A DNA stretch of 64,000 nt from Alphaproteobacteria bacterium (GCA_013286365.1 JABDFY010000002.1:20062-84061), one strand, 5' to 3'. Positions 1 to 12,454 are shown, counted from the first letter of the stretch. Numbers and translations are program-made. Notes: generated by a model not told the origin, from the letters alone.

Positions 1-356
1 AAACTGTCAATGACAGCCCGGTCTCAGCCCAGGCTTTAGGTGAGTTGGTTGATCTTATTAGCAATCAGACGATCTCAAACCGCATTGCTAAAGATGTATT
101 TGAAGCGATGCTGGAGACCGGCAAGGGAGCTGCCGCTCTTGTAGAGGAAAAAGGTTTGCGCCAAGTAACTGATCTGGGGTCTATCGAAAAATCAATCGAT
201 GAAATCTTGACGGCACATGCCGATAAGGTAGCCGAATATAAATCTGGCAAAGACAAACTATTCGGCTTTTTTGTTGGCCAAGTGATGAAGACAACTGGTG
301 GTAAAGCCAATCCGGCTGTGTTGAATGAACTTCTAAAGAAAAAGCTGAACAGCTAG
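1..356 (+). CDS. gatB: Asp/Glu-tRNA amidotransferase subunit B, C-terminal part (5' end lies outside the window)
   Basis: The frame is open from nt 3 to the TAG at 354-356. The product (...[15 protein letters not shown]...[33 protein letters not shown]) matches the GatB/YqeY tail domain. Confidence 0.85.
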   Translation, partial: TVNDSPVSAQALGELVDLISNQTISNRIAKDVFEAMLETGKGAAALVEEKGLRQVTDLGSIEKSIDEILTAHADKVAEYKSGKDKLFGFFVGQVMKTTGGKANPAVLNELLKKKLNS

Positions 357-358
357 GT

Positions 359-1087
359 CTAATTTCCCCGGTTCATAACAAATTGCCTTGCAATTTTAGC
401 GACATTGCCATTGCAGGCGGTATTGTTCTTGGCATATTCCTCGGGGCTATCGACAAGCTTCTGCCGCCGCTGATTTTCGAGTAGCATTTTTTGTGCCATT
501 TCAGAAAAAACAGCTTTCACTTTTTCGTTTATTAGACTGTCAGCAAAATTGGGCTGTTCAACCTGGAAAGTACCGTAAAGTCGGAAATAATCTTTCAAGC
601 GCTCTTCGATCAGTGGTGTAAATTCTTCTAGCAGCTCACGGTTTACAGTGACGTGCTTCTGTTCATGCGTCATCACATGATCAAACTCACATGTGCCCTC
701 GGGAAATTCGCGTGCGATGTACACTGTGATGTTCGTATAACCTATGCGGGCATTGACACTCTTTACTTTGGCGCAATACAAGCCGCTGCTCATCGTTTTT
801 TTAATCAGCGTGGCATGAAATTCGAGCACAGGATTGTAGTGGGTGATGCCGAGGACAACGGATTCGTGGCGTGGGATAGTGTGCAGACTATCTGCAGCTA
901 ATTTTTGTATATCCCCGAGATCAGCCGAGTAATCATAGCTTATATCGTCAAAGATGGGCGTAATATTGATGGGAATGTCGGCGTAGGGATCGCAGCCTTC
1001 ATCGGCATTATCTTGTGCAAGAGCGTGTGCCGACATCAATGATGTGATGAAGAGAAGAGCCAGCGTTAGACAAAGGATTTTTTTCAT
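359..1087 (-). CDS. secreted protein with an HExxH motif (putative Zn-metallopeptidase, DUF922-like)
   Basis: The internal ATG at 1087 gives MKKILCLTLALLFITSLMSAHALA, a signal peptide. A THEQKHV (HExxH) motif lies mid-protein. The family assignment is from memory only. Confidence 0.4.
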   Translation of the reverse strand: MKKILCLTLALLFITSLMSAHALAQDNADEGCDPYADIPINITPIFDDISYDYSADLGDIQKLAADSLHTIPRHESVVLGITHYNPVLEFHATLIKKTMSSGLYCAKVKSVNARIGYTNITVYIAREFPEGTCEFDHVMTHEQKHVTVNRELLEEFTPLIEERLKDYFRLYGTFQVEQPNFADSLINEKVKAVFSEMAQKMLLENQRRQKLVDSPEEYAKNNTACNGNVAKIARQFVMNRGN

Positions 1088-1261
1088 CTGTGGTCGTCGT
1101 CTCGTCGTATAAAGAAGTCGGACAAGGAAAGTATTGCGCAAACGAAAATCGACAGTAATTGATCCAGACTGATTTGTTAACCATATTATCCACTTGCAGC
1201 CTTTGCCGGAACGATCTATCCCGATTGAGTATCTATAATATTGTGCTGAAGGAGAATTTAA

Positions 1262-1627
1262 ATGCCTTTATCAAAACCACAAGCGCCAACGCCAGCCGGC
1301 ATACTCAGGGGACACGAGGTCGTCATAAACACATTTTTAGGACGGAAGCCCGATCAAAATGGACGAGCCTTTGAGAAACTTCCCCCGCAGCATGGCACAA
1401 TTGTTGAAGTAGCCCCAGGCGTAAGAGTTCAGTTCAGTCAGGTTGCTCTTATGAATAATCTGCCGGCAGCATTGGCAGCAGTTCGTGCAAGTCGAGAGCT
1501 TGTCGCTTCTGTTTTGGTGCGTCTGAGAAATATAGCCGAGAATCCAAAGAGCCGGCGTCTTTACTATCTTGGCGTTCAAGATGTTGCGGTCGCAACGTTT
1601 AAAGCGGTCGAGCCGTCGCTTGGATAG
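1262..1627 (+). CDS. hypothetical protein (121 aa)
   Basis: The ATG is preceded by AAGGAG (1249-1254) and TATAAT (1234-1239). No domain recognised. Confidence 0.5.
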   Translation: MPLSKPQAPTPAGILRGHEVVINTFLGRKPDQNGRAFEKLPPQHGTIVEVAPGVRVQFSQVALMNNLPAALAAVRASRELVASVLVRLRNIAENPKSRRLYYLGVQDVAVATFKAVEPSLG

Positions 1628-1666
1628 AGGGCGGGAGCAATTTTTGTTGTTTTAGCACAGAACCGG

Positions 1667-1936
1667 TTAGTCTCGCTCACCGATCATTGAACTTATTTTG
1701 CGCCGTCTGCCGCGACGTGGAATATCTCCAAAAGCTTTAAGGATTCCCGGCTCCATATCGTGTGTACCGCGTAACTCTGAGAGGGCGCGCTGTAAGGCTA
1801 CCATTTCGCGTAAGTCATCGCGATCGCCAATATGCATGATCGCAATCCTGTTCTCGATCAGATCAACCAGGACATTGACGACGTCTTTCGATAGCATCAT
1901 GGTATAATTCCTTTTTAAAATGTCCCGCGCCATCAT
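1667..1936 (-). CDS. small hypothetical protein (89 aa, basic C-terminus RRGRRRK)
   Basis: Intact ORF with no overlap to neighbours. No family recognised. Confidence 0.45.
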   Translation of the reverse strand: MMARDILKRNYTMMLSKDVVNVLVDLIENRIAIMHIGDRDDLREMVALQRALSELRGTHDMEPGILKAFGDIPRRGRRRKISSMIGERD

Positions 1937-2083
1937 GTCGTTGAAGGTTGCAGGATTTGAAATGAATATGAACAGTATTTATCTAAAAGATTAATACTGT
2001 CTAAAGCCCATGTTTTACATGGCTTTTGGCGACCGTATGGTTAGCGTAAGATTAATGCCGTTAAGGCCAGGAAGACAGGCGAA

Positions 2084-2380
2084 TTATTTGTTCGAGAAGG
2101 CCCGGTTAAACGCATCGGAATTATCTTCTCTACTCATGCCCGTTGCAGGGTTGATATCGAAAGTAACCGGCGCGTTGCCAAAATTTCTTGGCTCGCCCTG
2201 TGACGATTGTTCGTCGGGAGCCGATAAAAATGGCGGTTGGTTTTCGTCAGGATCGGAGAAGTCAGAAGGATTGCTGCTTTTGCTGGGGCTGCCTTGTTCG
2301 GTTGAAAATGCCATTGCATTTGAGGTCCCGAACAGAAACAAAGCGAACATTGCGGCGACGGCGAATTTAGTATATTTCAT
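2084..2380 (-). CDS. small secreted acidic protein (98 aa)
   Basis: The ATG at 2380 is preceded by GGAGG. The signal peptide is MKYTKFAVAAMFALFLFGTSNAMA and the mature part is S/P/D/E-rich. Confidence 0.55.
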   Translation of the reverse strand: MKYTKFAVAAMFALFLFGTSNAMAFSTEQGSPSKSSNPSDFSDPDENQPPFLSAPDEQSSQGEPRNFGNAPVTFDINPATGMSREDNSDAFNRAFSNK

Positions 2381-2419
2381 AACAGCCTCCATTTATTAAA
2401 CGTGAACATAGTATCATAT

Positions 2420-3850
2420 TTAATTGCCAATATCTATCTTATCGCTTGTTGGCAATTGTGTGGCGTTCCAACCGCCGCCCACAGCCTCTATCAATGATAC
2501 GCTGGCATTAAAGCGATCTTCGCGGGTTGTAAGTTCCGTTTGTTCGTCAGTTAGGGCTGTGGTTTGCGCCGTAATCACGCTGGTATAGGGTACGATGCCG
2601 GCTTTGTATTGATTGAGGACCAGTTCCTGAGAACGCTGTGCATCTTTCACGACAGTTTCATTCATTACGGACTGCTTTTCTAGAATACGCAAAGCGGCCA
2701 ATTGATCTTCCACTTGCTGAAAGCCCGTTAGCACGGTCTGGCGATAGTTCGCGACAGCTTGATCATAACTTGCTCGGGCTTCTTCGACACGTGCCTCGCG
2801 CGCTCCCGCATCGAAAATGGTCTCGCCGACAGCAGGCCCAAATGCCCATAGGCTATTTGATGCTTGAAACAGTTTGCTAAGGGCGGTTGCTGTATAGCCA
2901 TACGAAGCTGATAACGTCAGATTGGGAAAGAAAGCAGCCGTCTCGACGCCGATTTGTGCATTGGCCGATACCATTTGACGTTCAGCTGCAGCAATATCCG
3001 GTCGCCGTTCGAGTAGTGTAGAGGGTAAATCGGTTGGTATGACAGGTACATCATAAGCGAGCGGCGCTGCAGCTAATGTAAAGTCGGCAGGCGATTTGCC
3101 GATCAGAATGGCTATCGCATGCTCAAGCTGCGCGCGCTGAACGCCTGCATTAATATATTGTGCTTCGACGCCCTCAAGTTGCGTTTGTGCCAAAAGAACA
3201 TCGGCTTGATCCGCAACGCCAGAATCGTACTGGTTTTGTGTGATCTGAAGAGAGTGCTTTAACTCCACCACTGTCGCATCAAGCAGACCGAGTAACTCAT
3301 CCTGCGCCCGCAGATCAAAGTAATCGGTAGCTAATTCCGCTTGAGCCGAAAGGCGGGCTGAGGCTATATCGGCAGCGCTGGCCTGAGCGTTGGCAACGTC
3401 GCTTTCGATCGTGCGTCGGATGCTACCCCAAATATCCGGGACCCAACTGGCTTGCCCGGCTGCGTTATAAAGATTATGTGGCTTCGCAGGAGGATGACCT
3501 GTGCTACCAGTTTTCTGTCCTGTTGCATCGAGTGAAATCGTTGGAAACAAGGCGGCGCGCGACTCAGCGACAACAGCCGATGCATTACGAAAGGCGGCCT
3601 CGGCAGCCTTAAGATTTTGGTTCGAGATATCAATCTGCTTTTCAAGATCATCCAAGGCAGGGTCTTTATAGACGGCCCACCAAGGACCGCGATTAATATC
3701 GTCTTGCGGCAGCGCTGGCTTCCAGTCGCCTTGTTCTTTGTAAACTTTGGGCACGTCTACTGGCGGCCGTTCGTAATCGGGTCCTACTTCGCAGGCGCTG
3801 AGAAGCACAGTAACACAGAGGGATGCGATAAGTTTAAATGGTCGCTTCAT
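2420..3850 (-). CDS. RND efflux outer-membrane factor lipoprotein, NodT/OprM family
   Basis: Lipobox LLSAC is followed by EVGPDYERP and the two-repeat OEP architecture. Its start overlaps the upstream RND gene by 17 nt. Confidence 0.9.
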   Translation of the reverse strand: MKRPFKLIASLCVTVLLSACEVGPDYERPPVDVPKVYKEQGDWKPALPQDDINRGPWWAVYKDPALDDLEKQIDISNQNLKAAEAAFRNASAVVAESRAALFPTISLDATGQKTGSTGHPPAKPHNLYNAAGQASWVPDIWGSIRRTIESDVANAQASAADIASARLSAQAELATDYFDLRAQDELLGLLDATVVELKHSLQITQNQYDSGVADQADVLLAQTQLEGVEAQYINAGVQRAQLEHAIAILIGKSPADFTLAAAPLAYDVPVIPTDLPSTLLERRPDIAAAERQMVSANAQIGVETAAFFPNLTLSASYGYTATALSKLFQASNSLWAFGPAVGETIFDAGAREARVEEARASYDQAVANYRQTVLTGFQQVEDQLAALRILEKQSVMNETVVKDAQRSQELVLNQYKAGIVPYTSVITAQTTALTDEQTELTTREDRFNASVSLIEAVGGGWNATQLPTSDKIDIGN

Positions 3851-6800
3851 GCTCGCTCATCCTTGGGTGATCACTACCCCATTTGCGTTTCCACCATAAA
3901 CTATAGCGGTCAAGATAAAGATAAATCACTGGCGTCGTGTAAAGGGTCAGCGCTTGACTAAGGAGAAGTCCACCGACAATAGAAATACCAAGAGGTCGTC
4001 GCAGCTCAGCCCCATCACCAAAGCCAATAGCTAGCGGCAGGGCACCAAACATGGCGGCGATCGTTGTCATCATGATGGGGCGGAAGCGTAAGAGGCAAGC
4101 CTGAAAAATTGCATCGCGTGAACTCAGACCTTGTTCGCGCTCAGCGCTAATAGCGAAATCAATCATCATGATCGCGTTTTTCTTAACAATGCCGATGAGC
4201 AGAATGACACCAATGAGAGAAATAATGGAAAATTCAGACTTGCAGATGAGCAAAGCCAGCACCGCTCCAACACCTGCGGATGGAAGCGTTGAGAGAATGG
4301 TGATGGGGTGGATATAGCTTTCGTAAAGAATACCGAGGACAATATAGACTGCAAAAAGAGCCGCCATAATCAAAATAGGTTCGTTCGAAATAGAGTCCTG
4401 AAACAATTTGGCGGTACCTTGAAAACTGCCATGAACAGAAGCGGGTACACCAATTTTCTGCATAGTCCCGTTGATGATGGTTACGGCGTCGCTCAATGAT
4501 TTGTTATCGGGAAGGTTAAATGAAATAGTTGCAGCGGCAAAATTACCTTGATGGTTGACAGCAAGAGGCGTTGTGCCTGGCCCATAGGAGCTGAAAGCCG
4601 AAAGAGGTACCATCGTTTCAACGGCAGTACTCACGGCAGCCCCCGCTGAAGCACCAGAATGCGTCGTGTTGGCCAAGGAGTTAAGTGCGAGATTGCGTGC
4701 TGAATCGTTGGCGACTGAAGCGGCGGTGGGGTTTGTCGTGGTAGACTTGGGCGAGGCGATGATAACGGTGCCGGCTACGGGGCCGGTTGATTGCGTACCG
4801 TTCACATTGCCTGCTGTACTGACATATATTTTCTTGAGGGTCTCGGGACTTTGCCAGTACTCCGGAGAGACTTCCATAACAACGTGATACTGATTGAGCG
4901 GATTATAGATAGTTGAAACTTCCCGCTGACCAAAGGCGTCGTAGAGAGTGTTGTCAATCTGATCAACATAGAGGCCAAGCCGTGACGCTGTATCACGATC
5001 AATATTTAAATCAGTTTCCAAACCCTTATCTTGCTGATCCGAATTGACGTCTTTTAAAATCGGATCATGCTGCAGCGCTTCGGTTAATTTTGGAGCCCAT
5101 GTACGCAGGTCAGCGAGCTGATCGGCTTGCAACGTATATTGATATTGCGCATTAGACATTCTGCCGCCCATGCGAATATCCTGCGAGGCCTGCAAATATA
5201 GTACCGCTCCGGGGACTTGGGCTATTTTGCTGCGCAAATCTGCAATCACTTGATCTGCCGATAGATCGCGATCAGCTTTTGGCTTAAGCGCTACAAACAT
5301 AGAACCGGAATTTGTTTGTGAGCCACCAGTAAAAGCCGTCACATTTTCAACCGCAGGGTTTTTCTTTACGATGTTGACGAAATTGATCATTTTCTGCCGC
5401 ATTGCTTGAAAAGAGATGCTTTGATCAGCGACAATACTTCCCATAAGACGGCCAGTATCTTGTTGGGGAAAGAAACCCTTCGGTACTATATAAAACAAGT
5501 AGCCATTTAACAGAATGGTGATGAATAGAATGAGCATAATGATAATCCCGTGACGTAGGGCCCAATCAAGAGAATGTTCATAGCCCTTATGCACGCGGTC
5601 AAAGGCGCGTTCGCTCTTCTCCATCCAAGGGGAATGTTTGCGCTCGGCCGAGTTCTTTAGAATACGCGAGCACATCATCGGTGTCGTGGTCAGTGACAAT
5701 ACGAGAGAAACCAAAATTGCAGTCGAAAGCGTAACGGCAAATTCACGAAATAGCCGACCGACGATACCGCCCATCAGCAAGATCGGCGCGAAAACGGCAA
5801 TCAAGGATATACTCATCGAGAGGACAGTAAAGCCCACCTCACGCGCCCCCAAAAGGGCCGCCTTCATTTGCGACATACCGGCTTCAATATGGCGTGAAAC
5901 ATTTTCCAAAACTACAATCGCGTCATCAACAACAAAGCCAGTGCTTACGATGAGGGCCATTAATGAGAGGTTGTCTAGGCTATAGCCAAACAAATACATA
6001 ATAGCGAAAGTACCAACCAAGGATACGGGCACAGCTATGGTCGGAATTATTGCCGCCCGTGCGTTGCGCAAGAACAGGAATACAACAAACACGACGAGTG
6101 CGATGGAGATCAACAGTGTCCGCTCAACGTCATGAAGAGAAGCTCGTATGGTACGCGTCTGATCCATCGCAACCGTCAAATCGATGGCGTTAGGTATGCT
6201 GACTTTTAATTGCGGCATAAGCGCCTTAACGCGGTCGACGGTAGAAATTATATTTGCGCCCGGCTGGCGGAATAGGATGACCAGCACCGAGGGGCTGCCG
6301 TTATTGAGGCCTTGGTTGCGCAGATCTTCGACTGAATCCGTAACTTCACTTACATCGGAAAGCCTCACGGGAGCACTGTTGCGATAAGCAATTATTAGAT
6401 TACGGTAATCCACCGCATGAGAGGCTTGGTCGTTAGTATAAAGCTGAAAATGCTGACCATAGTTTTCTATAGCGCCTTTGGGGCTGTTGGCGTTAGCGGC
6501 TGCCAAGGCTGCACGCACATCTTCAAGGCCAATTCCGTATTTAAACAATGCATTTGGATTTAGCTCAATCCGTACAGCTGGCAATGAGCTGCCACCGACG
6601 TTGACCTGGCCTATGCCAGCTACTTGTGAAAGCTTCTGTTGCAATACAGTAGCCGCGGCATCGTATATTTGTCCTTGTGTCAATGTCTTCGAGGTCATGG
6701 CAAGGATCATAATGGGCGCGTCTGCCGGATTTACCTTACGATAAGTTGGATTGCTTTTGAGGCTAGCCGGGAGATCGGCGCGCGCGGCATTTATTGCCGC

Positions 6801-7127
6801 TTGAACATCTCGCGCCGCCCCATCGATATCACGGTCGAGACCGAACTGCAGCGTGATGCGGGCGTTGCCAACAGTGCTTGACGAAGTCATCTCTGTGACA
6901 TCAGCAATTTGCCCAAGATGACGCTCAAGAGGTGTGGCAACACTGGTAGCTGTGGTTTCCGGACTTGAGCCGGGGAGTGAAGCCTGAACGGAGATAGTCG
7001 GAAAATCTACCTGCGGCAAAGGTGAAACCGGTAATAAAAAGAAGGCAACAACCCCCACCAACGCGATGCCAATCGTCAACAACGTTGTGGCTACGGGTCT
7101 CGCTATGAAGGGCGCAGAAATATTCAC
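3834..7127 (-). CDS. mdtC: RND multidrug efflux permease, MdtC-like (1097 aa, carries an insertion)
   Basis: N-terminus [17 protein letters not shown], AcrB/HAE1 motifs ([25 protein letters not shown]), 12-TM layout. It is the second of two tandem RND paralogs. Confidence 0.85.
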   Translation of the reverse strand: MNISAPFIARPVATTLLTIGIALVGVVAFFLLPVSPLPQVDFPTISVQASLPGSSPETTATSVATPLERHLGQIADVTEMTSSSTVGNARITLQFGLDRDIDGAARDVQAAINAARADLPASLKSNPTYRKVNPADAPIMILAMTSKTLTQGQIYDAAATVLQQKLSQVAGIGQVNVGGSSLPAVRIELNPNALFKYGIGLEDVRAALAAANANSPKGAIENYGQHFQLYTNDQASHAVDYRNLIIAYRNSAPVRLSDVSEVTDSVEDLRNQGLNNGSPSVLVILFRQPGANIISTVDRVKALMPQLKVSIPNAIDLTVAMDQTRTIRASLHDVERTLLISIALVVFVVFLFLRNARAAIIPTIAVPVSLVGTFAIMYLFGYSLDNLSLMALIVSTGFVVDDAIVVLENVSRHIEAGMSQMKAALLGAREVGFTVLSMSISLIAVFAPILLMGGIVGRLFREFAVTLSTAILVSLVLSLTTTPMMCSRILKNSAERKHSPWMEKSERAFDRVHKGYEHSLDWALRHGIIIMLILFITILLNGYLFYIVPKGFFPQQDTGRLMGSIVADQSISFQAMRQKMINFVNIVKKNPAVENVTAFTGGSQTNSGSMFVALKPKADRDLSADQVIADLRSKIAQVPGAVLYLQASQDIRMGGRMSNAQYQYTLQADQLADLRTWAPKLTEALQHDPILKDVNSDQQDKGLETDLNIDRDTASRLGLYVDQIDNTLYDAFGQREVSTIYNPLNQYHVVMEVSPEYWQSPETLKKIYVSTAGNVNGTQSTGPVAGTVIIASPKSTTTNPTAASVANDSARNLALNSLANTTHSGASAGAAVSTAVETMVPLSAFSSYGPGTTPLAVNHQGNFAAATISFNLPDNKSLSDAVTIINGTMQKIGVPASVHGSFQGTAKLFQDSISNEPILIMAALFAVYIVLGILYESYIHPITILSTLPSAGVGAVLALLICKSEFSIISLIGVILLIGIVKKNAIMMIDFAISAEREQGLSSRDAIFQACLLRFRPIMMTTIAAMFGALPLAIGFGDGAELRRPLGISIVGGLLLSQALTLYTTPVIYLYLDRYSLWWKRKWGSDHPRMSEHEATI

Positions 7128-10100
7128 TCGTTCGTCTCCACAGCTTTTAGGCCAGCGCCGCTTGCACTAAAGCCAAAGCGACGCGCTAACCCGTCAAACC
7201 AAAGATAAATAACAGGCGTCGTGAAAAGCGTTAGAAGCTGGCTGACAATAAGGCCGCCGACAATACTGATGCCTAGCGGGTGACGTAATTCAGATCCCAC
7301 ACCGGTACCCAACATCAACGGCAGGGCCCCCAAGAGGGCTGACATCGTGGTCATTAAAATGGGGCGAAAACGTAAAAGACAAGCCTGATGTATGGCTTCG
7401 CGGGGTGGCTTGCCCTCGCGCCGCTCGGCGTCCAGCGCAAAGTCAATCATCATAATGGCGTTCTTCTTGACGATGCCGATGAGTAGAATGATGCCAATGA
7501 TACCTATGATACCAAGATCGTTGCCACTTATTATCAGTGCCAACAGAGCGCCTACGCCAGCCGAGGGTAGCGTTGAAAGAATGGTAATTGGATGAATATA
7601 ACTTTCATAAAGCACACCAAGCACGATGTACATCGTGACGATGGCGGCGATGATAAGTAATATCTCGTTGCCCAGCGATGCTTGGAAGGCAAGTGCTGCA
7701 CCTTGAAAACTGGTCATGACGCTCTCAGGCATTTTGATTTCTTTTTCTGCCTGTTTGATGGCATCTACTGCTGAACCCAGTGATGCATTTGAGGCTAGAT
7801 TAAATGACACCATGGCTGCCGGAAACTGACCTAAATGATCAATCTGCAGAGGTGCGGGTTGTTCGGTAATAGTTGTGAAGGCTGAAAGGGGTACTTGCCC
7901 GCCGCCAGCCGAAGGCAAATACAATTGGTCAAGTGACGGCAACAAGGACATATCAGCTTGTAAGATGACGCGATATTGGTTCGATTGCGTAAAAATTGTC
8001 GAGATAATGCGCTGGCCAAAAGCGTCGTAGAGCGCATTATCGACAGTCGCTAACGTAATACCCAGCTTTCCAGCCGTGTCGCGATCTACCATGATATAAT
8101 CAGAAAGCCCTTGCTCCTGCGAATCGCTGGCAACATCTTCCAGCTGCGGCAATTTGTGCATGCTGCTTAGAAGCTTCGATGTCCACGTCGTTAACTCATC
8201 TGGATTAGCGTCTTCTAAAATGAATTGATACTGTGTACGACTGACAGTTGTGTCGATGGTTAGGTCTTGCACCGGCTGCATGTACAATGAGATGCCTTGA
8301 ACGCCGCCAACCTCGTGTTGTAGGCGGCGGATAATTTCACTGGCATTTTTGTCGCGCTGATCGTGGGCTGTGAGGTTAATTAAGAAACGCCCGGTATTAA
8401 GTGTGTTGTTAGTGCCATCGACACCTATAAAAGAAGACAGGCTTTCAACGTCAGGGTCTTTTAAAATTGCCGCAGCTAGGGCTTGCTGCCGTTCGGCCAT
8501 CGCTGGATAGGAAACTGTCGGCGATGCCTCAGATATACCCTGGATCAAACCGGTATCTTGGACAGGAAAGAAGCCTTTAGGGATAACGATATAAAGCAAT
8601 ACGGTCAGTATAACCGTTGCTGTGGCCACGACGAGAGTGAGCCCCGCATGATCGAGCACCCAATTGAGCATATTGCCATAGCGCGCGATGACGTTGTCAA
8701 ACCACTCTTGTGTCCAGCGACTGAAGCTACTTTGTTCCGAAGGTTCATGGTGGCGCAGTAATTTTGCACACAGCATCGGTACGAGCGTCAATGACACAAC
8801 AGCAGATATCAAGATAGTAACAGCAAGGGTAATAGCAAATTCACGGAACAAACGACCCACAACGTCGCCCATAAAGAGAAGCGGTATGAGTACGGCAATA
8901 AGTGAGATTGTCAGCGATATGATGGTAAAGCCGATCTGCTCCGAACCTTTTAGAGCAGCCTTTAGTGGTGGATCGCCTTGCTCAATGTAGCGGGAAATAT
9001 TCTCAATCATCACGATGGCGTCGTCGACGACAAAGCCGGTGGAGATAGTGAGGGCCATAAGCGACAGGTTATTGAGACTAAATCCAGCCAGATACATGAT
9101 GGCAAAAGTGCCAATCAACGATAGCGGTACGGACAAGCTGGGAATAATTGTTGCTGGGATATTTCGCAGAAATACAAAAATGACAACCACAACCAAAATG
9201 ACGGCGAGAATAAGCTCTATTTCAACGTCATGCACTGAGGCGCGAATTGTCGTGGTGCGATCGGTCAGAATGGCAACATCGACGGAACTAGGTAGCGCCG
9301 TTTTCATATCCGGCAACATTTTCTTTATATTATCAACGACGGCGATCACATTGGCATCCGGTTGCCTCTGAACATTCAGGATGACGGCCGGCGTTGTGTT
9401 CATCCACCCGCCAAGTTTGGTGTTTTCAGCACTATCCTCGACGACGGCGACGTCAGACAGTCGAACAGGGGCGCCATTTTTATAGGCAATCACGATATTG
9501 TTGTAATCGACAGCGGCTGTTAGTTGGTCGTTGGCATTGATAGTGTAGGCGCGCGCCGGACCATCAAAATTGCCTTTGGGAGTATTGACGTTTTGGTTGC
9601 CAACGGTTGTGCGCAGATCGTCAATATTAAGGCCATAAGCAGCAAGGGCTTGAGAGTTGGCCCGAATACGCACGGCTGGGCGTTGGCCGCCACTGATGCT
9701 AACGAGACCGACGCCGGGAAGTTGTGATATTTTTTGGGCCAGCCGTGTATCTGCCATATCTTCGACTTGCGTCAGAGGCAAAGTTTTCGATGTTACCGCG
9801 AGTATAATGATCGGGGCGTCGGCTGGATTTACTTTTGCGTAAATTGGCGGTGCGGGTAGATCGGATGGCAAAAGATTGCCGGCAGCATTGATGGAGGCCT
9901 GAACTTCTTGCTCGCCAATATCAAGACTAAGGCTGAGATCGAATTGGAGTGTAATAACGGAGGCACCAGCGGAATTGATCGATGACATTTGATTGAGGCC
10001 GGGCATTTCGCCGAACTGCCTTTCCAGGGGGGCTGTGACCGACGATGTCATAACTTCGGGGCTGGCGCCTGGATAGAAGGTCTGCACCTGAATTGTAGGA

Positions 10101-10225
10101 TAATCGACTTCAGGAAGCGCCGATAAGGGTAAGAAGTGAAAGCCGACAAAACCAACCAATAATATCGCCGCCATCAAAAGTGATGTCGCAACGGGGCGCA
10201 AAATAAAGGGACGAGAAGGACTCAT
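7124..10225 (-). CDS. mdtB: RND multidrug efflux permease, MdtB-like (1033 aa)
   Basis: N-terminus [18 protein letters not shown] and motif [14 protein letters not shown]. Its stop overlaps the mdtC-like start by 4 nt. Confidence 0.85.
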   Translation of the reverse strand: MSPSRPFILRPVATSLLMAAILLVGFVGFHFLPLSALPEVDYPTIQVQTFYPGASPEVMTSSVTAPLERQFGEMPGLNQMSSINSAGASVITLQFDLSLSLDIGEQEVQASINAAGNLLPSDLPAPPIYAKVNPADAPIIILAVTSKTLPLTQVEDMADTRLAQKISQLPGVGLVSISGGQRPAVRIRANSQALAAYGLNIDDLRTTVGNQNVNTPKGNFDGPARAYTINANDQLTAAVDYNNIVIAYKNGAPVRLSDVAVVEDSAENTKLGGWMNTTPAVILNVQRQPDANVIAVVDNIKKMLPDMKTALPSSVDVAILTDRTTTIRASVHDVEIELILAVILVVVVIFVFLRNIPATIIPSLSVPLSLIGTFAIMYLAGFSLNNLSLMALTISTGFVVDDAIVMIENISRYIEQGDPPLKAALKGSEQIGFTIISLTISLIAVLIPLLFMGDVVGRLFREFAITLAVTILISAVVSLTLVPMLCAKLLRHHEPSEQSSFSRWTQEWFDNVIARYGNMLNWVLDHAGLTLVVATATVILTVLLYIVIPKGFFPVQDTGLIQGISEASPTVSYPAMAERQQALAAAILKDPDVESLSSFIGVDGTNNTLNTGRFLINLTAHDQRDKNASEIIRRLQHEVGGVQGISLYMQPVQDLTIDTTVSRTQYQFILEDANPDELTTWTSKLLSSMHKLPQLEDVASDSQEQGLSDYIMVDRDTAGKLGITLATVDNALYDAFGQRIISTIFTQSNQYRVILQADMSLLPSLDQLYLPSAGGGQVPLSAFTTITEQPAPLQIDHLGQFPAAMVSFNLASNASLGSAVDAIKQAEKEIKMPESVMTSFQGAALAFQASLGNEILLIIAAIVTMYIVLGVLYESYIHPITILSTLPSAGVGALLALIISGNDLGIIGIIGIILLIGIVKKNAIMMIDFALDAERREGKPPREAIHQACLLRFRPILMTTMSALLGALPLMLGTGVGSELRHPLGISIVGGLIVSQLLTLFTTPVIYLWFDGLARRFGFSASGAGLKAVETNE

Positions 10226-10263
10226 AGAATCTTTTCCCTACCCATTAAGGTGGAAAAGAAGAT

Positions 10264-11463
10264 TCATTGGTTGCTCCTGTGGTGTTTGTGCTCACCCTTT
10301 TGATCGTTGGTTTCAGGTGCTGCATCCGCCGGTTTTTCGCCGGGCAACAATACCTTGGCACCATCGCGCAATTTATCGGCACCATCAACGACAACAGTAT
10401 CTCCCGGATTAAGGCCATCGGTGATTGAGATATTATCACCATCGATTTGCCCCAAGGTGACGGCCTGGACCTTAACTGTGCTGTCGGGTTGAACGACATA
10501 AACGAAAGTAGCAGGGTTTCCGCGCTGAATGGCGGCATTCGGAATAATCGTCACATCGTGCAGCGTATCAACCAGAAGTCTTATATTGACGAACTGATCG
10601 GGGAACAGGCTGTAATCAGCATTATCAAACTGCGCACGAATTTTGACAGTTCCAGTTGTCGGGTCGATTTGATTGTCGACCGATATGAGCTTGCCGGTTG
10701 CAAGCTTCGTACTATTGTTGCGGTCATAAGCCGTCGCTTCTAGCGTTGCGCCATCTTTAAGGCGACCCATGACCATTGGAATATTGTCTTCCGGCAGCGT
10801 GAAGATCACTGAGATGGGATCCAGTTCTGTGAGAACGACGATACCATTGGCATCGCTGGTTTGCACATAATTGCCCGGATCAACCTGCCGTAAGCCAACA
10901 CGACCCGATACAGGTGCTGATATATGGCAATAAACGAGGTTGAGCTTGGCGGTGTCGATTTGCGATTGGTCAATTACAACTGCACCTTCATCTTGTTCAA
11001 CCAGTGACTGCTGCGTATCGCGTTGTTGAACAGCGATGGAATCTTGCTGAACCAATTTCTGATAACGGGCCAAATCAAGTCTGGCGTCATAGAGTAAGGC
11101 TTGATCTTTTTTGAGTTGACCCTGCGCTTGCTCGAGCGCTAGTTGATAGGGGCGAGGATCAATAAGGGCAAGCAGGTCACCTGCTTTTACAATCTGGCCT
11201 TCTTCAAACCCGACCTTTATCAAATTACCATTAATCTGCGTCTTGACGGTGATGTTGGCTAAAGGCGTGACAGCGCCTAGGGCATCGAGCTCGACATTAA
11301 CATCGCCTTTTTGTGCCGTGGCGACAACAACCGGCATGGGACCCGAGAGACTGGCATTTTTGCCACCATGCCCCTGTTGCGGCGCGGCAGACGGTTGTAT
11401 CCACCAGATAATTCCGCCAATCACAAGTAGAAGTAAAAAAATCCAAAAGATTCGCTTCATCAT
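10264..11463 (-). CDS. mdtA: RND efflux periplasmic adaptor (membrane fusion protein), MdtA-like
   Basis: N-terminal TM segment, then HlyD/RND-MFP barrel-sandwich and coiled-coil sequence (YQLALEQAQGQLKKDQALL...). It sits directly upstream of the two RND pumps. Confidence 0.85.
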   Translation of the reverse strand: MMKRIFWIFLLLLVIGGIIWWIQPSAAPQQGHGGKNASLSGPMPVVVATAQKGDVNVELDALGAVTPLANITVKTQINGNLIKVGFEEGQIVKAGDLLALIDPRPYQLALEQAQGQLKKDQALLYDARLDLARYQKLVQQDSIAVQQRDTQQSLVEQDEGAVVIDQSQIDTAKLNLVYCHISAPVSGRVGLRQVDPGNYVQTSDANGIVVLTELDPISVIFTLPEDNIPMVMGRLKDGATLEATAYDRNNSTKLATGKLISVDNQIDPTTGTVKIRAQFDNADYSLFPDQFVNIRLLVDTLHDVTIIPNAAIQRGNPATFVYVVQPDSTVKVQAVTLGQIDGDNISITDGLNPGDTVVVDGADKLRDGAKVLLPGEKPADAAPETNDQKGEHKHHRSNQ

Positions 11464-11542
11464 AGAGTGTAATCCATTTCAAACAGTCGTTTATCCCATT
11501 CTTTGGCGAGAACAATCATGGGCTGTGGTGATGGTATGGAGC

Positions 11543-12022
11543 TCATTTGGGTGGCAGCAGGCCGTGTTTGGCCAATGCTTGACGACCTTCTGCAGATAAT
11601 TCTGCAGAAGCATTTTTGATAATTCGGGCGATACTACGATGAATTTTTTGTCGCTCAGTCATAATTTCATCAAGTGTCCTCTGCAGTTCAGCCTGATCGG
11701 GTGTGGCTTGCTGAAGAATAGATGAGACTTTCTGAACATCAGTTTTAATGATCGCCCGACTCTGCTCGATAGCAGGCTCTTCGGCTGCATAGATCTTGTG
11801 CATGATGGCAGCGTCTTCCGGCAACAGCACTTTTGTCATACGATCAATAAAGCGTTCCGATGTTGGCGGCATGAAGGCGTGTACGTGGGCTGAAATTACC
11901 GGACAAATAAGAACCCCTAATAAAATAAAGTTGAGCAAAAGTGAGGCTAGGAATATGCACCTTCCAGCACAAGCGCGCCTACAAATTTTGGCATCTGCTG
12001 ATGTGGGCTTATCGCTCTTCAT
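11543..12022 (-). CDS. membrane-anchored periplasmic helical protein, Spy/CpxP/ZraP-like (weak call)
   Basis: One TM segment followed by a helical region with LTxxQ-like segments (ATPDQAELQ, LSAEGRQAL). Family assignment is tentative. Confidence 0.35.
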   Translation of the reverse strand: MKSDKPTSADAKICRRACAGRCIFLASLLLNFILLGVLICPVISAHVHAFMPPTSERFIDRMTKVLLPEDAAIMHKIYAAEEPAIEQSRAIIKTDVQKVSSILQQATPDQAELQRTLDEIMTERQKIHRSIARIIKNASAELSAEGRQALAKHGLLPPK

Positions 12023-12034
12023 GTCTTTACTCCT

Positions 12035-12454
12035 CTATTGTACAAATTCTTGCCACGGCTCGGTTGTTGCCAGCGACATTAAATCCTCAGTTGATGCTGG
12101 AGGTGTCAAGATTGCTGACAAAGCGTAACCAATAACAAGTCCTAGTACCATTGTTCCCGCGGCAATTGCTGGCCAGCGCAATTGATTTCGAGAAAATGCT
12201 AGAATATTAAATCCGTTACCAAAGCTTGGGATGGAATCAAACTGCGGTTCGGTTTCGATCTTCTCGAGGATGACGCATTCAAGTGCGGTTAATTCTGTGG
12301 GGAGAGAAGATGCGGGATCGGCGCTTTCAAGCAACTTACGCAGGGCGTCGTCGCGATCAGCGTGGCGGGTTGGGTCGTTCCTGGGCGGTGGATCAGGGAT
12401 TGCTGCTGGCGTCATGGCTGGAGCCCTTCGGCGTGGATGAGCATATCTATACAT
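12035..12454 (-). CDS. hypothetical single-pass membrane protein (139 aa)
   Basis: Pro/Arg-rich N-terminus and one TM segment (WPAIAAGTMVLGLVIGYAL). The start codon is uncertain. Confidence 0.4.
   Translation of the reverse strand: MYRYAHPRRRAPAMTPAAIPDPPPRNDPTRHADRDDALRKLLESADPASSLPTELTALECVILEKIETEPQFDSIPSFGNGFNILAFSRNQLRWPAIAAGTMVLGLVIGYALSAILTPPASTEDLMSLATTEPWQEFVQ

Noticed and set aside
3364-10743. Many 60-120-aa ORFs on both strands inside the mdtA/B/C-like and outer-membrane-factor genes (for example 4666-4887, 5638-5985, 8688-8990, 9015-9371).
   Set aside because: They lie entirely within long, well-supported CDSs and have no recognisable features. They are shadow ORFs typical of this base composition.
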